Part shown: in pieces, positions 36,134 through 45,914 of the stretch
How the letters are laid out: each line of letters starts with the position of its first letter
How positions within the stretch are numbered: the stretch's first letter is position 1
Assembly: GCA_965222375.1 (NCBI GenBank)
Contig: CBDCTZ010000015.1
Coordinates: forward strand, 480,001-544,000
Length of the DNA: 64,000 nt
Reading direction: 5' to 3'
Origin: Polyangiaceae bacterium
GTDB taxonomy: Bacteria > Myxococcota_A > Polyangia > Polyangiales > Polyangiaceae
Notes under the pieces: model-generated
The model's database searches: none
The model's input: the letters and a program-made list of their open reading frames with translations, nothing else
Told to the model about the DNA's origin: nothing
Made by a program: the position numbers and the translations under genes

Positions 36134-38410
36134 TTAGCGCGCCAGACCCGGCGGGATCTCCGCATTGATGAGGCGCGGGTCGAGGCGCACCACGGGCTCC
36201 AACCCCTCGCCTCCGGAGTAGTTGAACGACAAACTCAGGGTCCCTGCTGGAAGAATGCCGGCACGCAGGAGGTTCCCGGACTGCACGCCTATCAGGTCGT
36301 CGGTCTCCTTCCGGGTGACCCTGCGCTTGGCGTCTGCGCGACGCTTGCACACCACTCCGGCACCACACTTCTCTGTGTCCTGGAGCGCAGCAATTTCACG
36401 CGTCCACATCAAGTGGAACAGTCGCACGCTCGCAGCAACGCCGACTCCCTTGACCTTGTCGAGAAGCGTATTGAGACGCTCGGCGTAATCCTTGCGCTCG
36501 CTGCCGGTGGTTGCGCGCGCACGCAGAGCAAACAGATAAGTCTTCGCTAGAAGCGCTAGGTCCGCCTCGGTACTTCCCGGCGGCAGGGCCGGAGTGCTGC
36601 TCACGACCTGGGACAGCATCTCGGCGGCTTCACCGCCCTTGCCCAAGCGCGACAGAGCTCCCGCTCGATCCAAGGCAGCCCGTAGGCGCAGTTCGTGGGG
36701 AACGCCGGGTTCCACGAGGTTGCGGGTCACCTGCTCCAAGACCTTGTGATCGCTTTCCTCTCCGGACATCGCGGCGGACGCTTCGGCAACCAACAGCACC
36801 AGCCGAGCACGCTGAAGGGCCTGGGTGTCCGCCTCCGGCATCAGTGCTGCCATGTTGTTGATGGCGTCCTTGGCAAGATCTGACTGCTTGCGGCCAACGG
36901 CGTACCAAATCCGAAGCACTTCACGGGCAATGCGATTGCGCGGGTCGATGTCGTCGGGAAGCTTCTCCACGAGCCCCAGCACATCCCTTTCCTGGGCCAA
37001 GGAAGCGGCCACTGCCAACAATCCTGCTTGGGCCAATCGCTCTTTGGGTTGCTCACTGATCAGCGCTTCCGCGCGCTTGATCAGTTCTCGTTGCAGCTTC
37101 GTACTGATGGCCGTACGAGTCCCCTTCTTCTTTTTGACGGATGCTTCGAAAGCCGCCGAGAGAACATCCACGAACAGCACCACACCGCGAAATCGGGAAG
37201 AAACCCTCGCAGCGTCCTTGCTGCCCTGGCTCAGGGTAGCAAGGCGACTACGAAAATCTGCGGCTGCCTTTTCTGGATCCGACGGGTCTTGGGTCAGGGT
37301 AGCAAAGGTCCAGGGGATGACATGCGCCAGGCCCAAGTAGGTCTCGACGCCCCACTCCGTGCGACCGCCGCCGCTCTTCCAAGCCGCCTGGAGGAGTGCG
37401 ATGGCATTCTTGGGCCGCGGATCCTGGGACCAAGCCGCGGCGCACACGATCTCGTTGCCAACGCCTTCGGGCAGACCAGGGCACACGGTCGCTTCCACTT
37501 CAGCGGTGGCCAGCGCTGCGGCAAAGTCGAGGTCCTTTTCTGCGCGAGCCCGATGTGGCAAAAGCAGCTTCTTGGCATCGTCGTGACGACCCAAGAACGA
37601 AAGCGCACGCGCCACTTCCGTCAACGCCTCCGGCCCTAGAGCGTCGCTGGCCTTCTTCGCGAGCTTGGCGTTGTCGATAGTCTTGTGCACCACCAAGGCG
37701 CGGCGCTCCACCGACGCACCAGTTCCCGCCCGAGCCAAGGCGGCCTTGGCTGCGTCCACATCCAGCTCCCAGGCCGCGGCGGTTGCCAAGTAAAGCCAGT
37801 GTTCCGGCTTGTTATCGATGTCCGTGAGCAGCTGCCGCGCAAGACGTCGCAAGTCGACGCGCCCGAGGGTGCGGGCAGCGCGATCAATCGCGAGGATGAG
37901 ATCACGATCCACCGGTGCCGACGAACCCAGCTCGACGGCACGCGCGCGCAGGAAAGAACGCGCGGCGCGTCGACTCAGCTCGGCCACTCCCGCGATCAGC
38001 TCGGGCCCAGGATTGCGGGAAGGGCGCAGCGCCAAGACCTCGTCCGCTGCAGCGCGGGTCGTGCCCAGAGCCGCAAACGCAAACTTGGATGAACCCCCAG
38101 CGACCAAGTGAAGCAACGGCCGAGCTTGGGCGCCTTCGTCGCCCGCTAGCGCTTTGCGCTGTTGGGGGTTCAGGGTCCCAACCAACTTGCTGGCATGCTG
38201 AAACAGCTCCGGCCCCACTGCGCGAGCCACGTCCGCCGTGGATGCAGGCTCGAGAAATAGCAGTGCTCGAGCCAACCGCTCCCGCGCCGTCACTGGCGGC
38301 TTGGGCTTCTTGGCATCGGCCGTCGTCGCCACCGGCGCAGCCGGCGGGGGCGCCGCAGGGCCGCAGCTCAATAGTGCCAAACAGAAAACCGAAGCAGTGC
38401 GACGAAGCAT
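36134..38410 (-). CDS. Large alpha-helical (TPR-like) lipoprotein
   Basis: Lipobox LLSC, Pro-rich linker, Ala/Leu-rich helical repeats. Confidence 0.75.
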   Translation of the reverse strand: MLRRTASVFCLALLSCGPAAPPPAAPVATTADAKKPKPPVTARERLARALLFLEPASTADVARAVGPELFQHASKLVGTLNPQQRKALAGDEGAQARPLLHLVAGGSSKFAFAALGTTRAAADEVLALRPSRNPGPELIAGVAELSRRAARSFLRARAVELGSSAPVDRDLILAIDRAARTLGRVDLRRLARQLLTDIDNKPEHWLYLATAAAWELDVDAAKAALARAGTGASVERRALVVHKTIDNAKLAKKASDALGPEALTEVARALSFLGRHDDAKKLLLPHRARAEKDLDFAAALATAEVEATVCPGLPEGVGNEIVCAAAWSQDPRPKNAIALLQAAWKSGGGRTEWGVETYLGLAHVIPWTFATLTQDPSDPEKAAADFRSRLATLSQGSKDAARVSSRFRGVVLFVDVLSAAFEASVKKKKGTRTAISTKLQRELIKRAEALISEQPKERLAQAGLLAVAASLAQERDVLGLVEKLPDDIDPRNRIAREVLRIWYAVGRKQSDLAKDAINNMAALMPEADTQALQRARLVLLVAEASAAMSGEESDHKVLEQVTRNLVEPGVPHELRLRAALDRAGALSRLGKGGEAAEMLSQVVSSTPALPPGSTEADLALLAKTYLFALRARATTGSERKDYAERLNTLLDKVKGVGVAASVRLFHLMWTREIAALQDTEKCGAGVVCKRRADAKRRVTRKETDDLIGVQSGNLLRAGILPAGTLSLSFNYSGGEGLEPVVRLDPRLINAEIPPGLAR

Positions 38411-38645
38411 GCGGGTTCGTAGCGCTCTTTGTGGTGCGCGTCACCTGGGGTCGCGTCGGTGGGGGTTGTTCAACTCGAGCGAGACGCTTTCGGCACAGGA
38501 TACGGCACGCAGGGTCGAATAAATGCGCTGCGGCCAAGCGGGCGCCCTGCAGCCCGCATGTCAGTTCGGCGTGGCAGGCAACGTCTACTTTCGAAAAGAA
38601 GCCTAACTCGTGGTCCGACGTTGAGTTACGCTGTTGGATTCCGGT

Positions 38646-40457
38646 ATGCGGTACCAGTTCACTGTCGCAGTGTCCTTGCTCGGACTCCTTCACGTTGCAC
38701 CGGCGTGCTCCGGCGACAACGCGGGAGGCGGAACCGGCGGGGTGACGACGGACGCAAACTTCTTGTTGCCGGATAGCGCGAGTTCCGGAGGCAGCGGCCT
38801 GGGTGGCGCGGGCGGAGCGGGAGCCGGTTCTGGCGGCACGGCCATGGACGCCGGCGGCACGGCCGGCGCGGATGCTTCCGCAGATGCCTTGATCGATGCA
38901 GCCGGTGACGCCACCGGTGGCGCGGCGGGTGACGCGACAACAGACTCGCCAGCTGATGCCGCCGCCGACACATCCATCCAAGATGCAACTGGCGATGGCG
39001 CACCCGACGCCTCAGGGGAGGCGTCCACTGACGCGGCCGGGTGCCCACCGAGCACCTGGCGCTGCAACGGCGACGCCTTGGAGCAATGCGCCATTGACGG
39101 TAGTGGATACGCGCTGGTCAAAACCTGCAAAGCAGGGCTGTGCCATGCCGCATCTGGCGTTTGTCTGGAATGCTCGAATCCAGGCCAATGCCCCTCGCCT
39201 CCTGAGTGCCTTCAGACAACATGCGCCTCGGGCATCTGCGGAACAACGCCCGTAGGTGCCGGCCTAGCGTGCAGCACGGGCGTGTGCAATGGCGTCGGCG
39301 GGTGCGGAGTCTGTCTACCTGGCAGTAGCCGTTGCGCGGGCTCGACTCGAGAGGTGTGCAGCGCGACCGGTAGCTGGCAGACCGACCAAGTTTGTCCATT
39401 CGTCTGTTCGTCCGGCAGCTGCGTGGGCGTGTGCGTTCCGGGTAGCAAGGGCTGCTCGGGTGCCACGGCTCAGGTCTGCAGCACTGGGGGCAATTGGCAG
39501 GCCAGTGAGGTGTGCGCTGGCAGTACCCCTGCATGCCAGGAGGGATACTGCCAACCGCAGCCGCCCAGCTGCGCTGGACTGGCAGCTACCTGCGGCGCTT
39601 CCGCAACATCGGGTTGTTGTTTCACCCGACAGGTCCCAGCACAATCATTCAAGCGAAGCTACGATGCGGTGCTCTACACCGATCCGTCCTTCGATGCTCA
39701 GGTCAGCGCGCTTTGGGTCGACAGCTACGAAGTGACAGTGGGGCGCTTCCGCAAGTTCGTTCAGGCGGGGCACGGTACCAGCGCGTCACCCCCCGCGCCC
39801 GGGGCCGGCGCGCACCCAAAGCTCTCCGGGAGTGGGTGGCAAGCGAGCTGGAACGGCGAGCTGGCTGCGAACACGGCAGCGCTAGAATCGAGCCTTGCGT
39901 GCAACGCGCTCTCGACGTGGACTGCAACCCCGAGCACCAACGAGACGCGACCGATCAACTGCGTTTCCTGGTACGAGGCCTTTGCCTTTTGCGCATGGGA
40001 TGGTGGGCGCCTCCCGACCGAAGCCGAGTGGAACCTCACTGCCAGTGGTGGCTCGGAACAGCGAGTCTATCCCTGGTCGGCACCGCCAACGAATACGACC
40101 TTGGGCTCGACCAACGCGAGCTATTGGGTAGACGCCACGAACACATGCATGGGCGATGGCACACCAGGTTGCACGGTGAGTGACTTGATATTCGCCGGGT
40201 CCAAGCCAGCCGGCGTGGGCCGATGGGGGCACTTCGAGTTGGCAGGCAACGTGGCGGAGTGGACGCTGGACGCATTCACGAACCCCTATGCGACCAACCC
40301 GTGCAATGACTGCGCGAGTCTCTCTGGCTCGACCAAGGCAATTCGCGGAGGCAGCTTCTTTGGGCAGTTGGCCCAACTGCCCACCAGCAGCCGCGCCTTC
40401 GGCGACGGGGCGCAGCGCTTCTTCACGGTCGGGCTCCGCTGCGCGCGGGATCTATAG
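38646..40457 (+). CDS. SUMF1/FGE-sulfatase domain lipoprotein with Cys-rich repeats
   Basis: DSYEVTVGRFRKFV, RPINCVSWYEAFAFCAWDGGRLPTEAEW, LAGNVAEW, RGGSF, GLRCAR. Confidence 0.92.
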   Translation: MRYQFTVAVSLLGLLHVAPACSGDNAGGGTGGVTTDANFLLPDSASSGGSGLGGAGGAGAGSGGTAMDAGGTAGADASADALIDAAGDATGGAAGDATTDSPADAAADTSIQDATGDGAPDASGEASTDAAGCPPSTWRCNGDALEQCAIDGSGYALVKTCKAGLCHAASGVCLECSNPGQCPSPPECLQTTCASGICGTTPVGAGLACSTGVCNGVGGCGVCLPGSSRCAGSTREVCSATGSWQTDQVCPFVCSSGSCVGVCVPGSKGCSGATAQVCSTGGNWQASEVCAGSTPACQEGYCQPQPPSCAGLAATCGASATSGCCFTRQVPAQSFKRSYDAVLYTDPSFDAQVSALWVDSYEVTVGRFRKFVQAGHGTSASPPAPGAGAHPKLSGSGWQASWNGELAANTAALESSLACNALSTWTATPSTNETRPINCVSWYEAFAFCAWDGGRLPTEAEWNLTASGGSEQRVYPWSAPPTNTTLGSTNASYWVDATNTCMGDGTPGCTVSDLIFAGSKPAGVGRWGHFELAGNVAEWTLDAFTNPYATNPCNDCASLSGSTKAIRGGSFFGQLAQLPTSSRAFGDGAQRFFTVGLRCARDL

Positions 40458-40542
40458 CGAACTGAAGCCCCAACCCCGTTACAGTTGACTTGGGCCCCCG
40501 GCGGGTGGGATCCTAATTAGATCTCTGAGGGGACGTGTATCG

Positions 40543-42051
40543 ATGCGCAATTTCGCTTATGTAACACTTGGGGCAATATCCACGGGCGCCTGGCTGGTAC
40601 TCGCGAGTTGCTCCGCGGCTGAAGATCCGGAGGTCGAGCCGACGAAGGCGGTGCCAGCCGCCATCTTGGGGGGGTGCCAGCAGAAGACCTACCAATCCCC
40701 TTGTGACCCCGACGGCGCAGGACCGCTAAGTGAATGTCAGGGCGTGTGCGACGTCGCGTTAGACGGAAAGATGACGTGCTTTCCCATCTCCCAATTCGGA
40801 TTGGCAAATCTGGACGGCCGCCTCTGCGGAGACGACTCACTGTGCTCCTCGTCTTGTTCAGGGACCGTGTGCGTCACGACGCCGGCGCCGGACGGCACGG
40901 CTTGCCGCCCATCGAACATCCATGACAAATGCGCCGGCGCCTGCTTGGCGGGAACCTGCCAACTTCTGGATCCATCGAACCGCTGCGACTACGGGCGACC
41001 CACGGGTCAGGGCTGTGTGTTCGAAGCCTGCAACCCGCTCAACGTCACCCAGTGCGTCACCAACGACCTACCGGCGGGCACGAAGTGCGGGAGCGGGACC
41101 TGCAACGGAACCGGCAGCTGTGGGCCAGCAACGGATTCCGGAACTGGCGGTGCCGGGGGAACTGACGGTGGCGCAGGCACGGGCGGCGGTGCAGGCACGG
41201 GCGGCGCGGGTGGCACCGGCGGCGGTGCAGGCACAGGCGGCGCGGGTGGCACCGGCGGTGGCGCAGGCACGGGCGGCGCGGGTGGCACCGGCGGTGGCGC
41301 AGGCACGGGCGGCGCGGGTGGCACCGGCGGCGCGGGTGGCACCGGCGGCGGTGCAGGCACAGGCGGCGCGGGTGGCACCGGCGGCGGTGCAGGCACAGGC
41401 GGCGCGGGTGGCACCGGCGGCGGTGCAGGCACAGGCGGCGCGGGTGGCACCGGCGGCGGCGCGGGCACGGGCGGCGCGGGTGGCACCGGCGGCGGTGCAG
41501 GCACAGGCGGCGCGGGTGGCACCGGCGGCGGTGCAGGCACGGGCGGCGCGGGAACCGGCGGCGGCGCGGGAACCGGCGGCGGCGCCGGCACCGGCGGTAG
41601 CGCAGGAACGGGCGGCGCAGCGGGCAGCGGCGGCGGCGCGGGAACCGGCGGTGGTGCGGGAACGGGCGGCGCAGCGGGCAGCGGCGGCGGCGCGGGAACC
41701 GGCGGTGGCGCGGGAACGGGCGGCGCAGCGGGCAGCGGCGGCAGTGCCGGAGCGGCAGGAGCAGCAGGGGCGGCCGGCACGGGCGGAGCGGCGGGCTCGA
41801 GCGGAGCTGGAGGCAGCGGCGCTGTTGCTGGCGGCGGCGCAGGCGGAAGTGGTGGCGACGCGGGTACCGCGGGTACAAGCGGCAGCGGTGGAGCGCAAAC
41901 CGATGCTGGCGTCGCAGGCAACGCCGGCACCGACGCCATCGTGGAAGGCGGGGGCTGTGACTGCTCACTGCCCTCGAAACGATCACCAGGTTCCGGTTGG
42001 CTCGTCGCGCTCGGCGCGTTGGCCGCACTGTGGCGACGCCGCCGTATCTGA
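40543..42051 (+). CDS. MYXO-CTERM surface protein with Cys-rich head and long Gly-rich stalk (TraA-like position)
   Basis: Lipobox-like LASC; Cys-rich domain; (GGTGGGAGTGGA)n; GGGCDCS...WLVALGALAALWRRRR sorting signal. Confidence 0.88.
   Translation: MRNFAYVTLGAISTGAWLVLASCSAAEDPEVEPTKAVPAAILGGCQQKTYQSPCDPDGAGPLSECQGVCDVALDGKMTCFPISQFGLANLDGRLCGDDSLCSSSCSGTVCVTTPAPDGTACRPSNIHDKCAGACLAGTCQLLDPSNRCDYGRPTGQGCVFEACNPLNVTQCVTNDLPAGTKCGSGTCNGTGSCGPATDSGTGGAGGTDGGAGTGGGAGTGGAGGTGGGAGTGGAGGTGGGAGTGGAGGTGGGAGTGGAGGTGGAGGTGGGAGTGGAGGTGGGAGTGGAGGTGGGAGTGGAGGTGGGAGTGGAGGTGGGAGTGGAGGTGGGAGTGGAGTGGGAGTGGGAGTGGSAGTGGAAGSGGGAGTGGGAGTGGAAGSGGGAGTGGGAGTGGAAGSGGSAGAAGAAGAAGTGGAAGSSGAGGSGAVAGGGAGGSGGDAGTAGTSGSGGAQTDAGVAGNAGTDAIVEGGGCDCSLPSKRSPGSGWLVALGALAALWRRRRI
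41170..41560 (+). repeat. In-frame 36-nt tandem repeat (GGTGGGAGTGGA, about 10 copies)
   Basis: Near-identical DNA units ggtggcaccggcggcggtgcaggcac(a/g)ggcggcgcg. Confidence 0.9.
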
Positions 42052-42104
42052 TACTTCGCACGCTGCTAACTACATCTACGGGACATCCGCGGGGTTGAGC
42101 TGAA

Positions 42105-43907
42105 ATGAAACATACACGCGCATTGGGTGGGTTGCTTGCGCTCGTCACGATCCTTGCATCGGAATCGGCCAAGGCACAGACAGACGGATTCGCATTGAAT
42201 CGCTTCGAGCCGTCTGAGAGAGGAAGCGAGTGGTTTACGAACGAGTCCCTCGACCTGCGCGGGCATCAGCGTTTCGCCGCAGGCCTGGTCCTCGACTACA
42301 GCTACAAACCGTTGGTTCTTTACGAACCAGACGGGGACGAGATCAGCGCCATCGTTGCACACCAGCTCTACGGGCACCTTGGTGGTAACGTGATCATGTG
42401 GGAGCGGGCACGCTTCGGTCTGAGCCTACCCGTCGCCATCTATCAGCAAGGCGACGGGGGTCGATCCGGCGCTGCAACCTTCGAGTCAGAGAACAATACG
42501 ACGGTCGGAGATCTACGGCTCGCAGCGGATGCACGCTTGGTGGGGGCGTATGGCGGTCCCGTGAATCTCGGCGGGGGACTTCACATCTTCTTGCCCACGG
42601 GCTCCCAAGACTCCTTCACAGGAGACGGCGCAGTGCGCCTAGGCCCTCGGGCAATGGTCGCCGGGGACATCTCCGAGTTCACCTACTCCGCTCGCCTCGG
42701 ACTGACTTTCCGGTTTCGCGACGAGGAGTTCGCTGGGAGCCCAATGGGCAGTGAAGCCAACTTCGGCGCAGCAGCGGGTGCGCGCCTGCTGGATGACCGC
42801 TTGGTGGTCGGGCCGGAGATCTTTGGTTCAACGGTCATTACGGATGGGGATGCGTTCTTCGCGAGACGCACCACTCCCTTCGAACTGCTCATTGGCGGCC
42901 ACTATCTCGCCACGAAGGAAATGCGTGTTGGTGCAGGCATTGGCCCCGGGCTCACGCGTGCCTTTGGCACACCCCAGCTACGCGTACTCGCTTCGATCGA
43001 ATACGTGGAGCCCATACCCGAAGCGCCCCCGCCGCCACCCGCTCGCGGAGACCGGGATAGCGACGGGGTCTTCGATGATGAAGACGCTTGTCCGGATGTT
43101 CCGGGCGTGCGCACTGATGACCCGGAGACCAACGGCTGTCCGCCTCCGGGCGACCGCGATGGTGATGGGATCATCGATCCGGAAGACGCTTGCCCGGATG
43201 AGCCTGGCGTCAAGACCGACGATCCGAAGACCAATGGCTGCCCGCCTCCGCCCGATCGCGACGGAGACGGCATCTTGGATCAAGACGACGCCTGCCCCGA
43301 CGAGCCAGGTGTCAAGACCGATGATCCGAAAACCAACGGCTGCCCACCTCCGGGGGACCGTGACGGCGATGGCATCATCGACCCGGAAGATGCCTGCCCG
43401 GATCAAGCAGGTCCGCCCAACGAGGATCCAAAGAAGCACGGTTGCCCCGTCGCGCACATCGAAAAGGGCGAGATCAAGATCCGTGAGCAGGTTCAGTTTG
43501 CCTACAACAGCTCCAAGATCCTGAAGGCAAGCGACTACATCCTGAAGGCCGTGCAAGAGATCCTCGAGAAGAACCCACAGATCGAGAAGGTGGAAATCCA
43601 AGGCCACACGGACAGCAAGGGCAGCGACGGCTACAACCTACGACTGAGCCGTCGCCGCGCAGCATCAGTGCGAAACTGGCTGATCAAGGCGAAGATCGAC
43701 CGAAAACGACTAACCTCCAAGGGCTTCGGCGAAAAGCAGCCCATCGATACGAACAAGACCGAGGAAGGTCGGGCCAACAATCGCCGCGTGGAATTCCATA
43801 TCACTGCTCAAAGCGAAGCCCCGCCGCCCACCAGCTCGGAAAAGTCAACCGGCAAGGGGAAGGGCGGGAACGCTCCGAAGCCACCGGAAAAGCCCAAGTT
43901 GAAATAG
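42105..43907 (+). CDS. TraB-like OmpA family protein (beta-barrel, four TSP3 repeats, OmpA C-terminal domain)
   Basis: Signal peptide; beta-strand region; four DRD[GS]DG..D..DACPD repeats; IQGHTDS, NLRLSRRRA, NRRVEF. Confidence 0.92.
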   Translation: MKHTRALGGLLALVTILASESAKAQTDGFALNRFEPSERGSEWFTNESLDLRGHQRFAAGLVLDYSYKPLVLYEPDGDEISAIVAHQLYGHLGGNVIMWERARFGLSLPVAIYQQGDGGRSGAATFESENNTTVGDLRLAADARLVGAYGGPVNLGGGLHIFLPTGSQDSFTGDGAVRLGPRAMVAGDISEFTYSARLGLTFRFRDEEFAGSPMGSEANFGAAAGARLLDDRLVVGPEIFGSTVITDGDAFFARRTTPFELLIGGHYLATKEMRVGAGIGPGLTRAFGTPQLRVLASIEYVEPIPEAPPPPPARGDRDSDGVFDDEDACPDVPGVRTDDPETNGCPPPGDRDGDGIIDPEDACPDEPGVKTDDPKTNGCPPPPDRDGDGILDQDDACPDEPGVKTDDPKTNGCPPPGDRDGDGIIDPEDACPDQAGPPNEDPKKHGCPVAHIEKGEIKIREQVQFAYNSSKILKASDYILKAVQEILEKNPQIEKVEIQGHTDSKGSDGYNLRLSRRRAASVRNWLIKAKIDRKRLTSKGFGEKQPIDTNKTEEGRANNRRVEFHITAQSEAPPPTSSEKSTGKGKGGNAPKPPEKPKLK

Positions 43908-43953
43908 GCTGCGAAGAGATGGCGATGCGACACGCAGCTCGCCGTGCTCTGGC

Positions 43954-45564
43954 TCAGCCGCCGCTCCAGCGTTTGCGCAGCTCTCGATTGTTCGCCACTG
44001 CGTCGTCGAGGGAAATGCGCGGCAACGCCGCCAACAGTGCCCATTCGACGATTCTCAGCTCCCCGGGGACGTAGCCAACCAGGCAATCGACGGCCGAGCA
44101 GTAGTGAACCCACCCCACATCGTCACCCATGACACTGAGATCGACGAACGTCAGCTCCCCTTCGCTGCGCCACCAGATGACGAGATCCACTCCCTCGGGA
44201 GTGCGGCCGCAATGCAGCACGAAGGCCTCGCCGGGGCCCTGGTGAATGTGCCGGACGTTGTCGAATAGCGGCAGCACCCGCGTCCGTCTTCCGGGCCGAG
44301 TGATCTCGAACAGACATCGGTTCGAGATGTACAGGAGCGCATCGTCGGTCAAGGCGCAGCAACCGAAGCCGTCCGATTCGGGTTCCAACCCGGACCTGCC
44401 GATCGGGCGAAAATCAGCGGATTCGTCTACGTACATCTTCCCACCCCACACGATGGCACCCGTACCATCGCCAAAACGACAGCTGTCGAAACGCAGAGCG
44501 TGCCCGGGAGCATCCTTGGCGCACAGCGCAGGCAAGTTCGTCGGGCAACCATTGGCGAAAACCGGTGCGAAGGATCGGCCCCGGGTCTCTTGCATGTTGT
44601 CTGGGTAGGTTGGTGGGAAGAGCAGCAACTCATCTCCCCAGAATGCCAGACCGTCGAAGGGCACGTCCGCGACCTCTAGGGATTGCGGCTCGGCCTCGGG
44701 ACTCTCCAACTCGAACGCAGAGAATCGCCGCGGGCGTTCCTGAGCGTTGACAGACGCATTGAGTGCGATCCGGCACGACCTCGGATGGATTGCGGCGTTC
44801 TTGGCGAAAAGACTCGGGAACGTGCGGATGCGCGGCTCTGCCCCCGACAGGTCGACGATATGCGTCGAGAAGGTGTCGAGATCCCCGACGACGAACAGGT
44901 CGCCCTCGGCGGCTCGAGGTCGGGTCAGGATTCCACGAAAAGGGACCGACCACGACGCTCGCTCGGGGTCCGCGCTGAGCCACTCCTGGTAAGCTTGCGC
45001 AACGCCGATGTCCGTGGCCTCCCAATACGCAAGGCCGCGCGCGGCGGCGGCGCGCAGGACCGTCACCAAAGCTTGGTAGTCGCGCCGGTCTCCGGGAACC
45101 ATCTCCCCAACAACGCGCTGCACATGCGCGAGCAGATCTGGCACCGCCGCACTGGGCACGAATGCTCCCGTCGAATAGTTGCCCGCGAACCAGTGGGGAA
45201 GAGTTCCGCGCAGCTCTGGGTGTTTGTCGATAATGGGTTTCAGTTGCGCTTCGACGCTCCCCACCGCACCGCGAGGTAAACGCGCCCCCATTTGTCTTGC
45301 ATCCCAAAGGGAAAGTGCAAACCCGCGACAGTAGAGGTGAGGTGTCTCGGCAGCGCACCACAGCAGCGCCAACTGCGAGAGGAGCTGACCCGCTGTCTGA
45401 GAGTCGCTACCAGCGGCCGCAGCACGCACTTTCGCAAACAGCTCCTCGGCATTGGGGTAGGCGGCGTCAAAAGGAGCAGTAGTGAGATCGTTACCGACGA
45501 AACGCTTTGCAAAGCGTGCCAACGACGATTCGTCGATCAGGTGCAGTGTGCAGTCGTACCCCAT
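43954..45564 (-). CDS. Hypothetical protein with beta-rich C-terminal half
   Basis: Long protein-like ORF starting MGYDCTLHLIDE; no family recognised. Confidence 0.7.
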   Translation of the reverse strand: MGYDCTLHLIDESSLARFAKRFVGNDLTTAPFDAAYPNAEELFAKVRAAAAGSDSQTAGQLLSQLALLWCAAETPHLYCRGFALSLWDARQMGARLPRGAVGSVEAQLKPIIDKHPELRGTLPHWFAGNYSTGAFVPSAAVPDLLAHVQRVVGEMVPGDRRDYQALVTVLRAAAARGLAYWEATDIGVAQAYQEWLSADPERASWSVPFRGILTRPRAAEGDLFVVGDLDTFSTHIVDLSGAEPRIRTFPSLFAKNAAIHPRSCRIALNASVNAQERPRRFSAFELESPEAEPQSLEVADVPFDGLAFWGDELLLFPPTYPDNMQETRGRSFAPVFANGCPTNLPALCAKDAPGHALRFDSCRFGDGTGAIVWGGKMYVDESADFRPIGRSGLEPESDGFGCCALTDDALLYISNRCLFEITRPGRRTRVLPLFDNVRHIHQGPGEAFVLHCGRTPEGVDLVIWWRSEGELTFVDLSVMGDDVGWVHYCSAVDCLVGYVPGELRIVEWALLAALPRISLDDAVANNRELRKRWSGG

Positions 45565-45914
45565 CCCAAGCCTCAAACTTCCCAAAGCAACCTACAGAAA
45601 AGCGCTCGTGACGACGAGACCCGATCTTCCAGGGCCCGCGAAGCGGGAGCTATCCGCGGCGCAGACCTTGGAGCATGTTCATGCTCATCCCATCCTTGTT
45701 TAGACACCGCTTACCGAACGCACCTTCAGCAACCGCCGTACCGCACGGCAATGGGTCCAAATGCGCTCGGATTCGGAGCTGCGCGTCTCGATCGGGCTGA
45801 AACGAACGTTCGGGCCGTCCCTCGTGAAAGGGTTGAGGTTGCACCCATTTTTGCGCAATTCCCTGGGTCGGCTTAGCCTGGCAAGGCAGCCTGACCGACC
45901 AGGTGACCGCCCGC

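Noticed and set aside
41007..41939. Pro-rich (PPVPA)n ORF and the other alternative frames over the repeat
   Set aside because: Antisense or frame shadows of the Gly-rich stalk; the frame with signal peptide and MYXO-CTERM is the real one
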